DNA from: a virus
Lineage: Duplodnaviria > Caudoviricetes
Length of the DNA stretch: 60,818 nucleotides
Direction: 5' to 3' (one strand)
Virus record (IMG/VR): IMGVR_UViG_3300033153_010441
Coordinates: 1 to 60,818 of that record
Positions 20,106 to 30,341 of the stretch are shown one piece after another. Numbering within the stretch: position 1 is the first letter of the stretch; each line of letters opens with the position of its first letter. A model generated the notes under the pieces. It was not told the DNA's origin. It did no database searches and saw only the letters and a program-made list of their open reading frames with translations. The position numbers and the translations under genes were made by a program.

Positions 20106-21029
20106 TTACGTGGAACCGGCAAAAACCTCCCACGCAGCATCAAAATCATCCTTGTTAACCTTCTTTTTATTAGGCGGCCCGGCGCCACGAGCCTTAACGG
20201 CTTGGTGTGGGTCATTTTTCTTAAAAACCGACTCTCTCTTGACGGAGTTGACCTGCTCCCCGAACGTCGTAATATTCCGGGCCTGCTTGTATGAAGTGAG
20301 CATTTCAATCACTTCGGTAGCGGTTCCCTTATCACGAATATTCTTCAAGGTAGCCTGGATATACGACGGTTGTTCTTCAATCCAACTGTTCAGGTCATCA
20401 GTATCCAAGTTTTTCCATCCCGGATGGGCTTGCTCAATTTGATTGACATGCTCCTCAATAGATTTTCTGTGCAACGTCTCACGCATCGCTGCAAGGTCCG
20501 GTTCGAATTTTTTGGTATACTCTCTGACCAACCTCTCAGCCTCAGCGGCAGCAAGCTTGCGAAGCGGTTTTTCAAACTCAGGATACTGCTCAATAAAATC
20601 GCGCACAGGGTCGTCATCATCACCCTCGCTGGAAACGTCTTTGTCGTGATCGTCATTCGCAGACGGCGACTTTAATGCTTCCAACTCAGCGCGAAGCTTC
20701 TCAAGTTCTGCCTTAGCTTTTTCTGCCTCTTCTCGTTCCTTTCGGATACGACCAGCCCAGGATGCATTGCGGTGTTTTTCTTTTTCGTAAAGGGTTTTCC
20801 AATCCGATGAATCGTCAGCGTTGTCATCATCAGCATCGTCATCATCATCATTAACATCCTGATGATCCTGGTCATTATCCTCTTCGTCATGATCATGGGT
20901 TTCGTTGTTCGTATCCGCATCAGTACCGCTATCGGTGTTATTGTTGTCGGGCGAATCATCGATAACCTGATCTTCCATGTCAGCAGTAAGCTCATCCCAA
21001 ACGTCATCATAATTCTTTTCTTCAGTCAT
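20106..21029 (-). CDS. Capsid scaffolding protein
   Basis: Very acidic N-terminus, coiled coil, AHPGW motif; located between portal and capsid. Confidence 0.75.
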   Translation of the reverse strand: MTEEKNYDDVWDELTADMEDQVIDDSPDNNNTDSGTDADTNNETHDHDEEDNDQDHQDVNDDDDDADDDNADDSSDWKTLYEKEKHRNASWAGRIRKEREEAEKAKAELEKLRAELEALKSPSANDDHDKDVSSEGDDDDPVRDFIEQYPEFEKPLRKLAAAEAERLVREYTKKFEPDLAAMRETLHRKSIEEHVNQIEQAHPGWKNLDTDDLNSWIEEQPSYIQATLKNIRDKGTATEVIEMLTSYKQARNITTFGEQVNSVKRESVFKKNDPHQAVKARGAGPPNKKKVNKDDFDAAWEVFAGST

Positions 21030-21066
21030 AGTTCCTCATCGCGGGGCGCACCATGGCGTATCCCAA

Positions 21067-21246
21067 TTAAGTTACAAGTTGCCGCTTGAGGTAGCGCATT
21101 TCGGCGATACGGCCACGACAATTCGCCACCTCTTCCGGCGGACAAGTCTCAAGTTTATCTCTGAGACTTTCAATACGTTCATTCACATATTTGAGTAGAT
21201 CATTACGAGGTGTGCCTTCTAATTCCAGTTTGGCTTTAACAGTCAT
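21067..21246 (-). CDS. Small protein between portal and scaffold, 59 aa (not in ORF track)
   Basis: Manual translation MTVKAKLELEGTPRNDLLKYVNERIESLRDKLETCPPEEVANCRGRIAEMRYLKRQLVT. Confidence 0.7.
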   Translation of the reverse strand: MTVKAKLELEGTPRNDLLKYVNERIESLRDKLETCPPEEVANCRGRIAEMRYLKRQLVT

Positions 21247-21247
21247 T

Positions 21248-23332
21248 TTATGTTAGTGGTTGTCCATCAGGTCCAAAGACTTGCGGAATATCTCCCTGCT
21301 GAATCGCAGCAGGATTCACCTGTTCCAGGGTAGCCCTGGGTGAATTATTACCACCATCCTCACGGACGGTTCCGTCATCATCAACATGGCCAGAGGATTT
21401 AGCCTTAAGCAATTCCATTTGCTCAGAAAACTTCTGTTGGCGCTGCGCCTCTTCGGCCTGTTGTCTTTGTTCGAAGCTAACTTGTTGCGGGTTTTTAATA
21501 ATATTCAGATCATCAAGATCCATGGACCGGGCAAGCTCACGTAGAATTTCATCACGATTAACAAACTGCAAATCAACCGGGTTGTTGGTTAGCATGGCGA
21601 AATTCGAAAGTTGCTCGTTACGAATCTCCTTGGCAATCAAGCTGGTCGAACCGTAGGCACGAACCTCATAATCACCTTTAATTTTTTCATCAGGATTGTT
21701 TGCCATGTTCCAAAAATACATGGCTCTAATGAAAGGAATAGTCACACCATCATCAAAGTTTTTAGTTTGATCCTTTAGCGTGACATTCGTTGCACCCATC
21801 AGGAGACTCAGACCCGTTGCGGTCGCACCGGCGCCCTTGACATTATTTGTATCCCCGTACATATAACGGGGAATAACGCTTACCTCGTCGGCCATGTTCA
21901 TGAAAAACTCGGCCATCTTCATAAACTCAGCCGTGTAAGCACGAATTGAATACACATTAACTGCATTACTGGCCGCTTCGCTACCCTGCCCTTCCCGCAT
22001 AAATACACGGAAGGGGTAAATACTGGTTGGATCTTCACCAGGGGAAAGTAAATCTGTATTTACTTCAATGAGTGGTCCTGCGCTGATTGCAGCATTATCC
22101 AACATGGCCCGGATGCTGGAATTAACGAGACTTTGGCTGTGTCGCAAAACACGCGGAATACCTTCTCCAAAGATGCTCGTTTCGTCCTTGTTGTAGTAAT
22201 AAAAATAATATGGAAAAGATGATCCTATGGCCGGAGCCAGAGTGGCTTTGATAACTATGTTATCCAGCAGCCATACATTAGCAGCAACTTCAGGACCAAG
22301 CGCTTCCTCATCCAGATCAAACCCAAGATCATCAATCAGATCCTTGGTCTTCAGGTAGCCCCAAAACTCCAGCACCTGATATTGATTACGCCGGGCAATT
22401 GGACTGGGTGATAATTCATCACGACTCAAATCCTTCAGATTTGTCTCATGATTTTTGACCGAAGCATTTCCTTCGGGATGTGCTTCAATAAAATCCCGAA
22501 TTGGTTTTTCGTCAAAGTCGTTTCGTTTGGCTAATTCATAAAGTTGTTTGCGATTGAAGATATATCGCTGAAAAATGTAGTTCATGTCTTCCGGCTCAGT
22601 GACACTCATATCTGGGTAAATGTCCCATACCGGAATAAACTCACAATAAGGGGTTACATGCTTAATTACAATTTGGGTCCATCCGTTCGGACCCTTGATC
22701 CAACGATGTGCTTCCGTATGTTTATTGAGCGGCCCCTTGAGAATACCTGTGCCGTAGAGATTACCACTTTTAATTACCCGACGAATAATATCCCGGTACT
22801 TTAATTCAGCCAACTGATCCTCGATGACCTTATTCATCTTGTTGGATCTTTTCTTCGCCTCATCAATTACCAGGGCATGGATTTCTTCAGGTTGTGGGGC
22901 GCGTCCGGTGACCTGCATGATCTGCATCCCAATCTGCTCCATCACTGGCATGGAAAGCTCAGGGATAGGAGACGGGTTTACAGACCAGTTCTTTTCCCCA
23001 TTGGCCGGAAAAAGAAGATCAGCCATCCGGGCACTGATGGTATTGACTTTCGTTTTTGTAATTGACATGAAAGCCTTGGACCGATAAGGGCTAATCTTTG
23101 ACTCCACGTCTGGATCATACTCACCCTTATATTGGCGCAAGTCCTTTAGCCAGTCCTCTTCAATAAAATTGGCACGGTCGCGTTCTGCTTCACCAAACAT
23201 TTCAAATAATGTATTCCCCAAGTTGGTCACATGATCACCCAACAGGTTTTCATCAGGTGATGTGTCGGACTGGGAAATATGCTCATATGTTTGGTTAAAC
23301 TCTTGTTCTTCTTTTTCACGCTGTTCAATCAT
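21248..23332 (-). CDS. Portal protein
   Basis: 694 aa after terminase; WLKDLRQYKGEYD, LYGTGILKGP, EFWG, RAMLDNAAISAGP, TATGLSLLM. Confidence 0.9.
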   Translation of the reverse strand: MIEQREKEEQEFNQTYEHISQSDTSPDENLLGDHVTNLGNTLFEMFGEAERDRANFIEEDWLKDLRQYKGEYDPDVESKISPYRSKAFMSITKTKVNTISARMADLLFPANGEKNWSVNPSPIPELSMPVMEQIGMQIMQVTGRAPQPEEIHALVIDEAKKRSNKMNKVIEDQLAELKYRDIIRRVIKSGNLYGTGILKGPLNKHTEAHRWIKGPNGWTQIVIKHVTPYCEFIPVWDIYPDMSVTEPEDMNYIFQRYIFNRKQLYELAKRNDFDEKPIRDFIEAHPEGNASVKNHETNLKDLSRDELSPSPIARRNQYQVLEFWGYLKTKDLIDDLGFDLDEEALGPEVAANVWLLDNIVIKATLAPAIGSSFPYYFYYYNKDETSIFGEGIPRVLRHSQSLVNSSIRAMLDNAAISAGPLIEVNTDLLSPGEDPTSIYPFRVFMREGQGSEAASNAVNVYSIRAYTAEFMKMAEFFMNMADEVSVIPRYMYGDTNNVKGAGATATGLSLLMGATNVTLKDQTKNFDDGVTIPFIRAMYFWNMANNPDEKIKGDYEVRAYGSTSLIAKEIRNEQLSNFAMLTNNPVDLQFVNRDEILRELARSMDLDDLNIIKNPQQVSFEQRQQAEEAQRQQKFSEQMELLKAKSSGHVDDDGTVREDGGNNSPRATLEQVNPAAIQQGDIPQVFGPDGQPLT

Positions 23333-23334
23333 TA

Positions 23335-25722
23335 TTAATAACCACCCATGGAATCAGCCGGACCGTGATAACGTTGTTTCGGCACACGACGGCTCATTTT
23401 TTTAAAAACACGCCCCTCGGACAATTCCAAGGCGGCATACTGCAACGCATCATGAACATGACTAAAAATATTTTTGTCGGGAGTTTCCTTAAAACGATCA
23501 CCAACACGAGCAGATGTTAGAATTTTTCCATACCTGTATTCGCTGATAAAACCTTTGCGAAGAATCGTACAGTTTGAAGATAGTAAAAACCCTGGCTCTT
23601 TGCCGTTTAACTTATGGAGAAAGTAATTAACTGCTTCGCGCCGGGCCAAACCATTATTAGTCTTAGCAGTGCGTATTGGAAAACCGGCACGCTTAAGAAT
23701 ATCAAATGCACTTTTTTTGTCATTCTCACTTCTGGTTGTAGATGCCGGATCTACAATCAGCATGAAACGAAAGTTGGCATAATTGGTTTTAATCTTCGGC
23801 CATAAATAATTATGTGCGAAAGAATCGATTGATGTGTCTTCTGTGACAATCTCATCAATCACAACCAATTGACCAGTCGGTGTAAGTTGACAAAATGCAG
23901 CAGCCGGGGTCAAACCACAGTCCACGCCAATGATCAATGGCAACGCTGGCATGGGTTTAATTAAGTGCGGACTACAATGCAGGGTATCATTATAAGATGG
24001 AAAAACTGGTTTGCCTTGACGGGCCATCCCATAATTATTAAGGATGAAAACATTTACCCAATCCGCGTCAGCACCAGACACCATGTCCTGGTAGTATTCT
24101 TCACTTAAGTTTTCAATGTTATCCGCGTCCGGGTTTAGTTTGTACCAGTTACCATCATTATCACACACAAACCCCTCACGCTCATGACAGATGAGCAGTG
24201 CCGGGGGCTGAGAATAAAAACTGTGATTTGCTGGTTTATTTTCTTCAGCCAGTTTATAAAGCCAGTGTTCTGTATCAACGGAGTTGTAGTCACAGATAAT
24301 AAACGGGCTGACCGGCTGAATGTTCTGCTTCTTTTTTAGAGGGAAGCGATTAATACGCGACTTGAGCATCTGATGAACCTGCTGCGGCATTTCTGCAGCT
24401 TCGTTCATGTGCGCGCCGGTCAACTGAAATGATTGCAGCTTGTTTACTTCCTCTTCACGATCAAGGGCAATAAAGAATAGTTCCATGTGCATTTCAGTCC
24501 CATCAGCTAAGGGGAGACGTATCTCACCACGGATTGGAACATCGTAAACAATCTTAATTAAATTCTGGAACCATTCTTTCCATGATTTAACTACCGTGGT
24601 CTTAATCGCTGGGTAAGTTGACCGAAGGATTGCATAACGACTCTGTCGTATGTTATCAACAATTATAGGCTGCCTCATTGCATTCATAAATAGATGCATA
24701 ATACAGCCGGAGGTTTTGCCGGAATTACCAGTCACAAAGATTTTATTATTGTGACGAGCCACAAAATAACTGGTCGGAACAGTGAAGCAGTATTGAAAAC
24801 CATCAGTAGATGATACTGTTTCGCAAGAGCAATTATGGAACGTCGTAGAGTCGCCTGTAAGAAGGGTGACGGATACTACGTATGAATGTTCAACATGCGA
24901 AATAGTAGCATGATGGCCCAGCGTATGCGCCACAAACTGGATAAAATCAGCATCCCGCTTATGCGGGGAGTGATACCTCAGATAATTATCACCCCAATAT
25001 TTTAACTCATCAAAAATAATTTGCGCCTGAGCCTGGGTGATGGTCCACCAAACAGGGCCGTACTGTTTGGATCGAAGCGGCGCTTGAAAAGTAATAACAT
25101 GCTCGCCATGCTGGTTTGTGTGCGCTTCCCAGGAACGCTCAGCCAAAGTCAATAAGTGTTTGACCCGCTCAAGCTTGTATGAATAACGAAAACGCATCAC
25201 ACAAGAATTAGTGCTTGCCTCTGTGAAAAGACCCTCAGCATGCACAGCTACCATCAGCCGCAGATCCGGCTCAGACAAATTTATTCCAGGCTGATTAATA
25301 GACAGCTTGATTGTAGTTGGAATACGATACTTCAGGCCCTCTGTCCCTTGCGCTATTTTGTCTGCAATATGTTGAGCGGAACACTCATGAAAAACACCAC
25401 GCCAATCGTAATATGGTACTCTATGGTCAGGTGACAAAACCATATCAACCGTATTGGCATTGTAAATATGAAAAAGAGGTTGCTCCGCTGGAACCTTGAT
25501 GTACGCCTGTGGTTTGACAAAATTGATGTGTTGAATTTCGGGGTGCCATTGCGCCACCAGATCACGCTTGGCGTCATACTCAGAAATTTTCTTCCAGCCG
25601 CCAGGAGTTAAAAACTCACTTTCAGGTGGCAGGCACCCAACCGGGCCTTTTACGAATATATAACGATTTGGATCACGATGTACTCTTGCAAATGTGCTAT
25701 TTGCTATGTAGTCAAGTTGCAC
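23335..25722 (-). CDS. terL: Terminase large subunit with intein
   Basis: Walker A GPVG/SGKT split by insertion, Walker B-like MNEAAE, nuclease GVDCG...DPA...HVHDALQY. Confidence 0.92.
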   Translation of the reverse strand: MQLDYIANSTFARVHRDPNRYIFVKGPVGCLPPESEFLTPGGWKKISEYDAKRDLVAQWHPEIQHINFVKPQAYIKVPAEQPLFHIYNANTVDMVLSPDHRVPYYDWRGVFHECSAQHIADKIAQGTEGLKYRIPTTIKLSINQPGINLSEPDLRLMVAVHAEGLFTEASTNSCVMRFRYSYKLERVKHLLTLAERSWEAHTNQHGEHVITFQAPLRSKQYGPVWWTITQAQAQIIFDELKYWGDNYLRYHSPHKRDADFIQFVAHTLGHHATISHVEHSYVVSVTLLTGDSTTFHNCSCETVSSTDGFQYCFTVPTSYFVARHNNKIFVTGNSGKTSGCIMHLFMNAMRQPIIVDNIRQSRYAILRSTYPAIKTTVVKSWKEWFQNLIKIVYDVPIRGEIRLPLADGTEMHMELFFIALDREEEVNKLQSFQLTGAHMNEAAEMPQQVHQMLKSRINRFPLKKKQNIQPVSPFIICDYNSVDTEHWLYKLAEENKPANHSFYSQPPALLICHEREGFVCDNDGNWYKLNPDADNIENLSEEYYQDMVSGADADWVNVFILNNYGMARQGKPVFPSYNDTLHCSPHLIKPMPALPLIIGVDCGLTPAAAFCQLTPTGQLVVIDEIVTEDTSIDSFAHNYLWPKIKTNYANFRFMLIVDPASTTRSENDKKSAFDILKRAGFPIRTAKTNNGLARREAVNYFLHKLNGKEPGFLLSSNCTILRKGFISEYRYGKILTSARVGDRFKETPDKNIFSHVHDALQYAALELSEGRVFKKMSRRVPKQRYHGPADSMGGY
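24724..25635 (-). mobile_element. Intein (304 aa) with LAGLIDADG-like endonuclease region inserted in TerL Walker A
   Basis: Starts CLPPESEFLTPGGWKKI, block B SPDHRV, ends YCFTVPTSYFVARHNNKIFVTGN followed by Ser; LMVAVHAEG motif. Confidence 0.9.
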
Positions 25723-25725
25723 AAT

Positions 25726-26064
25726 TTATTCAACAACAACCTTATAGAAAAAGAATGAATGTTTACCACCTGAAGCAGTGGTAACCTCAAATACCAGTGA
25801 GTGGTTGCCTTTCAATAACTCACCTGGATATTGTAAACGAACCTTGACTGTGTTGTTTTCAACCTGAGAAGAATCAACAAGATTTGTTGTTGATTCAGTA
25901 AAGTCATTGATATGATCAGAGAATCTAACCTTACCAAAAAATGAACGAATATTACATGCCGTGATTGTCTCACCGTCTGGAATAGCGTCTGAAAAGTCAA
26001 AAACGAACGGACCCCATTGATCGCTATAATAACGGATGAGAATCGTACCGAGCGGAAAATCCAT
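25726..26064 (-). CDS. Virion accessory / fibre-adaptor-like protein
   Basis: FDFSDAIPDGETI...VTTASG beta-sandwich pattern. Confidence 0.5.
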   Translation of the reverse strand: MDFPLGTILIRYYSDQWGPFVFDFSDAIPDGETITACNIRSFFGKVRFSDHINDFTESTTNLVDSSQVENNTVKVRLQYPGELLKGNHSLVFEVTTASGGKHSFFFYKVVVE

Positions 26065-26065
26065 T

Positions 26066-26437
26066 TTAAGCAGGATCAGGAATACCTACAGTAAAGGCAG
26101 TCAACGTGAAAGTGTTTCCGTTTGAAACGCCTTGCGAAGCATCAAGCGGACCAGTAGCAATAATTTCCGAATTAGAATCTTTGGTAAGAGCATAATGGGT
26201 CGCGGTCCCATCTCCGGTTACATTACCATCATTGATGGCCGCCACCGTAACTTCACGACCACCACCAGAACGGTTGGCGGGGGCGCCAATACTCGGTGAA
26301 GCCTTGCTACCCAAAGCATATGCAGCAATATTTGACCAAGTTAAACCTGGGTCGTCAGAAAGAAGATAGAGCTTTTCTGTATTGTTTATAATATAATTTA
26401 AACCATTATCGAAAACATTATCCGATAGTGCAGACAT
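26066..26437 (-). CDS. Putative virion structural protein
   Basis: GTATHYAL...GNTFTLTAFTVGIPDP pattern seen in phage structural accessory proteins. Confidence 0.55.
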   Translation of the reverse strand: MSALSDNVFDNGLNYIINNTEKLYLLSDDPGLTWSNIAAYALGSKASPSIGAPANRSGGGREVTVAAINDGNVTGDGTATHYALTKDSNSEIIATGPLDASQGVSNGNTFTLTAFTVGIPDPA

Positions 26438-26448
26438 TATTTATTCTC

Positions 26449-27024
26449 CTAAATTTTAAATAGGAATTTGTGATTAGGCTCAAATGCAATAAACGATTGC
26501 GCCAGATCATCAGATGAAAAATCAAACACGGATGGTGGCGCAATAAAGATACGTTTCACAGGAAGAGCATTGAATGCTTCAACTGTGGTGAAGAAAAAAA
26601 TCATTTCTGGAATTGTAAAAACGGGGGGCTGCGCGGTAATATTGTTAGCCACCAAGTGGTAGATAACATGAATCTGTGAGGGCTGAATAACCGGCGCAGG
26701 CGTCACAATGCCAGATGGTGCAAGATGATGATCCTGCCTAATGGTTGGCGCCGTGATAACCGGGGCGGCTGTTTCAACCGAAAGGGCAGATATATATACA
26801 ATGGCAGTTAATTCAGGCGCGCCTACAATTGGCACGTCCGCGACAATAGCTCCAGCGCCAAGATTATAAATATGACCAAGTACTGGCGCACCAAGCACAG
26901 CCGCCGAGGTGATAATGTCTGATGCAATTAAATTTACAGGGACTTTACCACCGAGCCATTCGTCATAAGCAGTATTAATAAAATGGCTTTGATTAGTACT
27001 TTCAAAAATAGACACTGTTGACAT
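26449..27024 (-). CDS. Putative virion structural protein with Pro/Ala repeats
   Basis: Repeated L.A..I...APV...P units. Confidence 0.5.
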   Translation of the reverse strand: MSTVSIFESTNQSHFINTAYDEWLGGKVPVNLIASDIITSAAVLGAPVLGHIYNLGAGAIVADVPIVGAPELTAIVYISALSVETAAPVITAPTIRQDHHLAPSGIVTPAPVIQPSQIHVIYHLVANNITAQPPVFTIPEMIFFFTTVEAFNALPVKRIFIAPPSVFDFSSDDLAQSFIAFEPNHKFLFKI

Positions 27025-27093
27025 CAGCAGTCCTTATTCGTAGTGGTAAAGTTTACATAGACCAAGAAACCGCAAGGCCCGTAAGCCCTGTCT

Positions 27094-27321
27094 TTACAGC
27101 CCTTCATCAACATAACTTGCCAGCGCATCCGCGATCACCGCCAGCTGGTCAGCCCGATCCTCGTAGTACTCCCACTGGTCGCCGCAATACTGGGCGTGGC
27201 GCAGAGCCTTGCGGTGCTTGTCTCTGAACCACTCCAGACGCTCGCTGACTGCTCGGTAATCTCTGATAAGAGCAGCATGTACTTCTGCTAAGGATTGATA
27301 TTTTCGCTCAATATCTTTCAT
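27094..27321 (-). CDS. Hypothetical protein sharing a 41-aa block with 44031-44543
   Basis: LEWFRDKHRKALRHAQYCGDQWEYYEDRADQLAVIADALAS. Confidence 0.65.
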   Translation of the reverse strand: MKDIERKYQSLAEVHAALIRDYRAVSERLEWFRDKHRKALRHAQYCGDQWEYYEDRADQLAVIADALASYVDEGL

Positions 27322-27323
27322 CT

Positions 27324-27584
27324 TTACAGTCCCATCGAATCAAGCGCTGCTTCCTTAGCCTTCACTTCGTAGGCAACCTTGACCTTTCCGTCTTCCATCA
27401 CTTCCCACTTTTCAGGCGGCAGTTTAACGGCTTCCTGGTCCTGGGCCAGCATCGGTTTTTCGTCCACGATCTGAGCTGGCCGCGGATCAATGGTTTTAGG
27501 CGTCAAGCCTATCTCCGTGCGCCCATCGCGGTATTTGCGAACATAACGCTTGCCAACATCAAAAGAAGCGACTAGTCTTCCCAT
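27324..27584 (-). CDS. Hypothetical protein downstream of fibre-like gene
   Basis: Overlapping, co-oriented ORF. Confidence 0.5.
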   Translation of the reverse strand: MGRLVASFDVGKRYVRKYRDGRTEIGLTPKTIDPRPAQIVDEKPMLAQDQEAVKLPPEKWEVMEDGKVKVAYEVKAKEAALDSMGL

Positions 27585-29947
27585 ATTTCCACCTTTACGA
27601 TCTTGTTTGGATCAAAGCCACTATCCACACTTGCCATGTTGCGGGTTGTGCCATTTTTAGTACTCATCAAGTGCAGACCAGTGACTGGAACATCGGTGAG
27701 TAGTTTTATAGATAAACCTGTAAAATCTGCAGAATTTCCTGCTCCTGACATGCTCAAATAAAATACTTCACTACTACTCCCCATAGTTGAATAAAAGGTT
27801 GTATCAAAAGTACCTGAAGGAATATCAACTCTACCTATATTGTTACTGGCATTTCTAACTCGAAGAGTTGCTGTAACACTCCCAGAAATTGAGAATTTCA
27901 AGATGCTACCAAGTTGTAGAACACTACCACGAGTAACACCACCATCAGAACCAATTACTTCAAAAGAATCACTATCGATAATACTTCCACCAGCTGCGGT
28001 GTTCCACCCACTGGTAAAATCAAGTGGTTGCGGGATCTTCTCGCTTCCTAGTGCTTCACCACCACCAGCCGCTCCACCGTAGGCAACGGCTTGCTTTCCA
28101 GCGTCATCAGTGAAGACAAACTTGTACGGCGTGCTCCCGGCATCGGTCCCGGCGTAACTTGAAAAGTCAATGCTATCATGGAAGAACATTACCTCGCCGT
28201 CACGAGTGGATATATGCAAATCACCAGAAGCAATAACGCTCTCATACTCAAGCATAGACAGCGTGCCTTGGGAGCCTGCGTTCACAATCCAGTTGTATGA
28301 TCCATCGCTGTCAGGGAAAGCGTAAAAATCAAAGTTGTCGCCAACGGCAGGCGTCTCAATCTCAATCCCTCCATCAGAACCAACCCAACTCCCATTGTAA
28401 TAAATCTTATCCCCTGAAGCAGGAGCTAAACGAAAAGCCCCTGCACCAGCCGCACCAATAACAATGTGACCATGCAGTCCGGCGGCAGCGGTGGGCAAAA
28501 CCTGGATATTGTCTGCTGTTTGCCCATACGTACTTAGCAGACAACCCTTACAATCACTAACAGATAAATTTCCAGACGTTGGAATAAAAACAACTTTAAG
28601 CCCCGCACTTACGGACCCGCTGAAATTGATCGCGGACAGTCCTTCCAAGTAACTCTTGATAGCGGCTTTGAGATTGCTCCATAGTAACTTCTTGGGATTA
28701 TTGTTATCCGCTGAATCAACCAACCCCAACAAGTCATTATCAACCGGAGTGGCCTTACTGGCGATATTAATGAGCATGGCACTGTGCCAAGCGGCACCGC
28801 CCTCGGCTTTTACATAGCCTTCTCCCATTTCCTCGTCGGCCCAGGTCCATCCATCCAGGGAGCCGGCCGGAGGGGAATATGCAGGAAAACTCAAGAAGCA
28901 AAGCCTGAGTCTCGTACAATACGCTGGATGATCAATATAAAGAACGATTTTGCCGTCTTCTACGCCAACGTAAAGATTGGTCAATTTATTTTGGGCAGAT
29001 ATAGAAAAATACCGGGGTTGATGAGGCGCACCCTGGTAGTAATACCACGACAACATCGCCAAGGTGCTGTTGGTATAGCTGTCCAGATCCCCTTCGATTC
29101 GGACAGCGCACATATAATCCCCAATGGGGATATTGGTGAATATCTTGTATCCATAAGTTGCCATTCCTGAATGGGAAATACGTAAAACTTCAACTTCATG
29201 GAAATTCTCAAGCTTTAGATAGTCGCTGTCATGATCGTGAGCATCTGAGGCTGCTCCAATATCGCTGGGCGTCAGCTCGTCAGATCCACCACTGGCGTGA
29301 GTGCTTTTGTGGGCCGTAGGGGTACGCGCATCACTAAGACGTGAGTCGTTCCCCTGGCAAACGGTGCCCGCTGTCGTCCCAAAATCTTTGTTAAAAGCCG
29401 TGTTCTTGGCGAAGACCGGCTCATATATCGCATCAAAATAGCTCTTGAGCGTCGCCTTGAGGTTCGTCCAGGTCAACTTCTTGAGGGCGCCCGACGCCCC
29501 AGAGTCGCTCAACGCAACCGTATCCGCATCGACTGGGGTGGTCTTGGCGGCAGCCCCATTAAGGGCTGCACCTACATTTTGGGCATCAGTTACATCAGCG
29601 CCCGCCTCGATGTCGGCCAATTTGGAAGCCTGGGCTGCCGTCATTAGTCCCTTTTGGCTGGCCGTTGCGTCCTGAATATCGTCAGTACCGTCAGTGTGGG
29701 TGCTGGCGTGAGCCTTGACGGGTGGAAGAACCAACTGCCACATTAACCCAGCTACTCCTGAATCAAGAAGATCAGGAGAAGATTCAGGATCGGTAGACGC
29801 TATTAGGTTATAGCACCGGGTGGCAATACCATCGTTGACGATGGCTACATCGCCTTCCGTTAAGAAAGTAGCTATGTTGTTGCTGATATTCTGAACCGAA
29901 TCAGGATCAGCCGCAAGAATGGATTTTGCTGGATAAAATTTAGCCAT
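27572..29947 (-). CDS. Second tail-fibre-like mosaic protein
   Basis: Probable start MAKFYP; HASTH..G.D and GTTAGTVCQGNDSRLSDARTPTAHKSTH motifs; duplicated TPVD.D...KKL.W.NLKA.LKSY unit. Confidence 0.7.
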   Translation of the reverse strand: MAKFYPAKSILAADPDSVQNISNNIATFLTEGDVAIVNDGIATRCYNLIASTDPESSPDLLDSGVAGLMWQLVLPPVKAHASTHTDGTDDIQDATASQKGLMTAAQASKLADIEAGADVTDAQNVGAALNGAAAKTTPVDADTVALSDSGASGALKKLTWTNLKATLKSYFDAIYEPVFAKNTAFNKDFGTTAGTVCQGNDSRLSDARTPTAHKSTHASGGSDELTPSDIGAASDAHDHDSDYLKLENFHEVEVLRISHSGMATYGYKIFTNIPIGDYMCAVRIEGDLDSYTNSTLAMLSWYYYQGAPHQPRYFSISAQNKLTNLYVGVEDGKIVLYIDHPAYCTRLRLCFLSFPAYSPPAGSLDGWTWADEEMGEGYVKAEGGAAWHSAMLINIASKATPVDNDLLGLVDSADNNNPKKLLWSNLKAAIKSYLEGLSAINFSGSVSAGLKVVFIPTSGNLSVSDCKGCLLSTYGQTADNIQVLPTAAAGLHGHIVIGAAGAGAFRLAPASGDKIYYNGSWVGSDGGIEIETPAVGDNFDFYAFPDSDGSYNWIVNAGSQGTLSMLEYESVIASGDLHISTRDGEVMFFHDSIDFSSYAGTDAGSTPYKFVFTDDAGKQAVAYGGAAGGGEALGSEKIPQPLDFTSGWNTAAGGSIIDSDSFEVIGSDGGVTRGSVLQLGSILKFSISGSVTATLRVRNASNNIGRVDIPSGTFDTTFYSTMGSSSEVFYLSMSGAGNSADFTGLSIKLLTDVPVTGLHLMSTKNGTTRNMASVDSGFDPNKIVKVEIWED

Positions 29948-29948
29948 A

Positions 29949-30341
29949 TTATTGCATCTTCCTGTATTTGTTCCAAGGTACCCATCCACCAACGCGGACG
30001 GCTAAGTACATAATTTGTCGGCGGGCCGCGGAAACACCAACGTTCTTCATAGCCAGAAGAAATATTGTATCTGCGGTGCGGCGCGGAAAATCGCCAGAAG
30101 CATAGAGATAATCATGTAAGATGGCCGGTCGGTTGTAACGACCGAGCTTGGGAATAATCGGATGAGTAATTCTTGGGATACTGGCAAAATCAGTGACGAA
30201 CCCGGTTGGCACTGAATATAGCCGGGTAGATCCATCTGAGAATGTTAAAAGAGTATCAAGAGGTTGATGAAGAATAAATTTTTTACCATCGAGCGAATTA
30301 TAAAGAAGGGGATTATTTAATATTTCAGTGTTTGTAATCAT
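29949..30341 (-). CDS. DUF1353-family protein
   Basis: VPTGFVTDFASIPR...AILHDYLY...RRTADTIF...MYLAVRVGG. Confidence 0.85.
   Translation of the reverse strand: MITNTEILNNPLLYNSLDGKKFILHQPLDTLLTFSDGSTRLYSVPTGFVTDFASIPRITHPIIPKLGRYNRPAILHDYLYASGDFPRRTADTIFLLAMKNVGVSAARRQIMYLAVRVGGWVPWNKYRKMQ

Noticed and set aside
19085-20158. 357-aa plus-strand ORF and other long antisense ORFs (5984-6766, 8652-9245, 59123-59713)
   Set aside because: Shadows of well-supported genes on the opposite strand with no recognisable motifs
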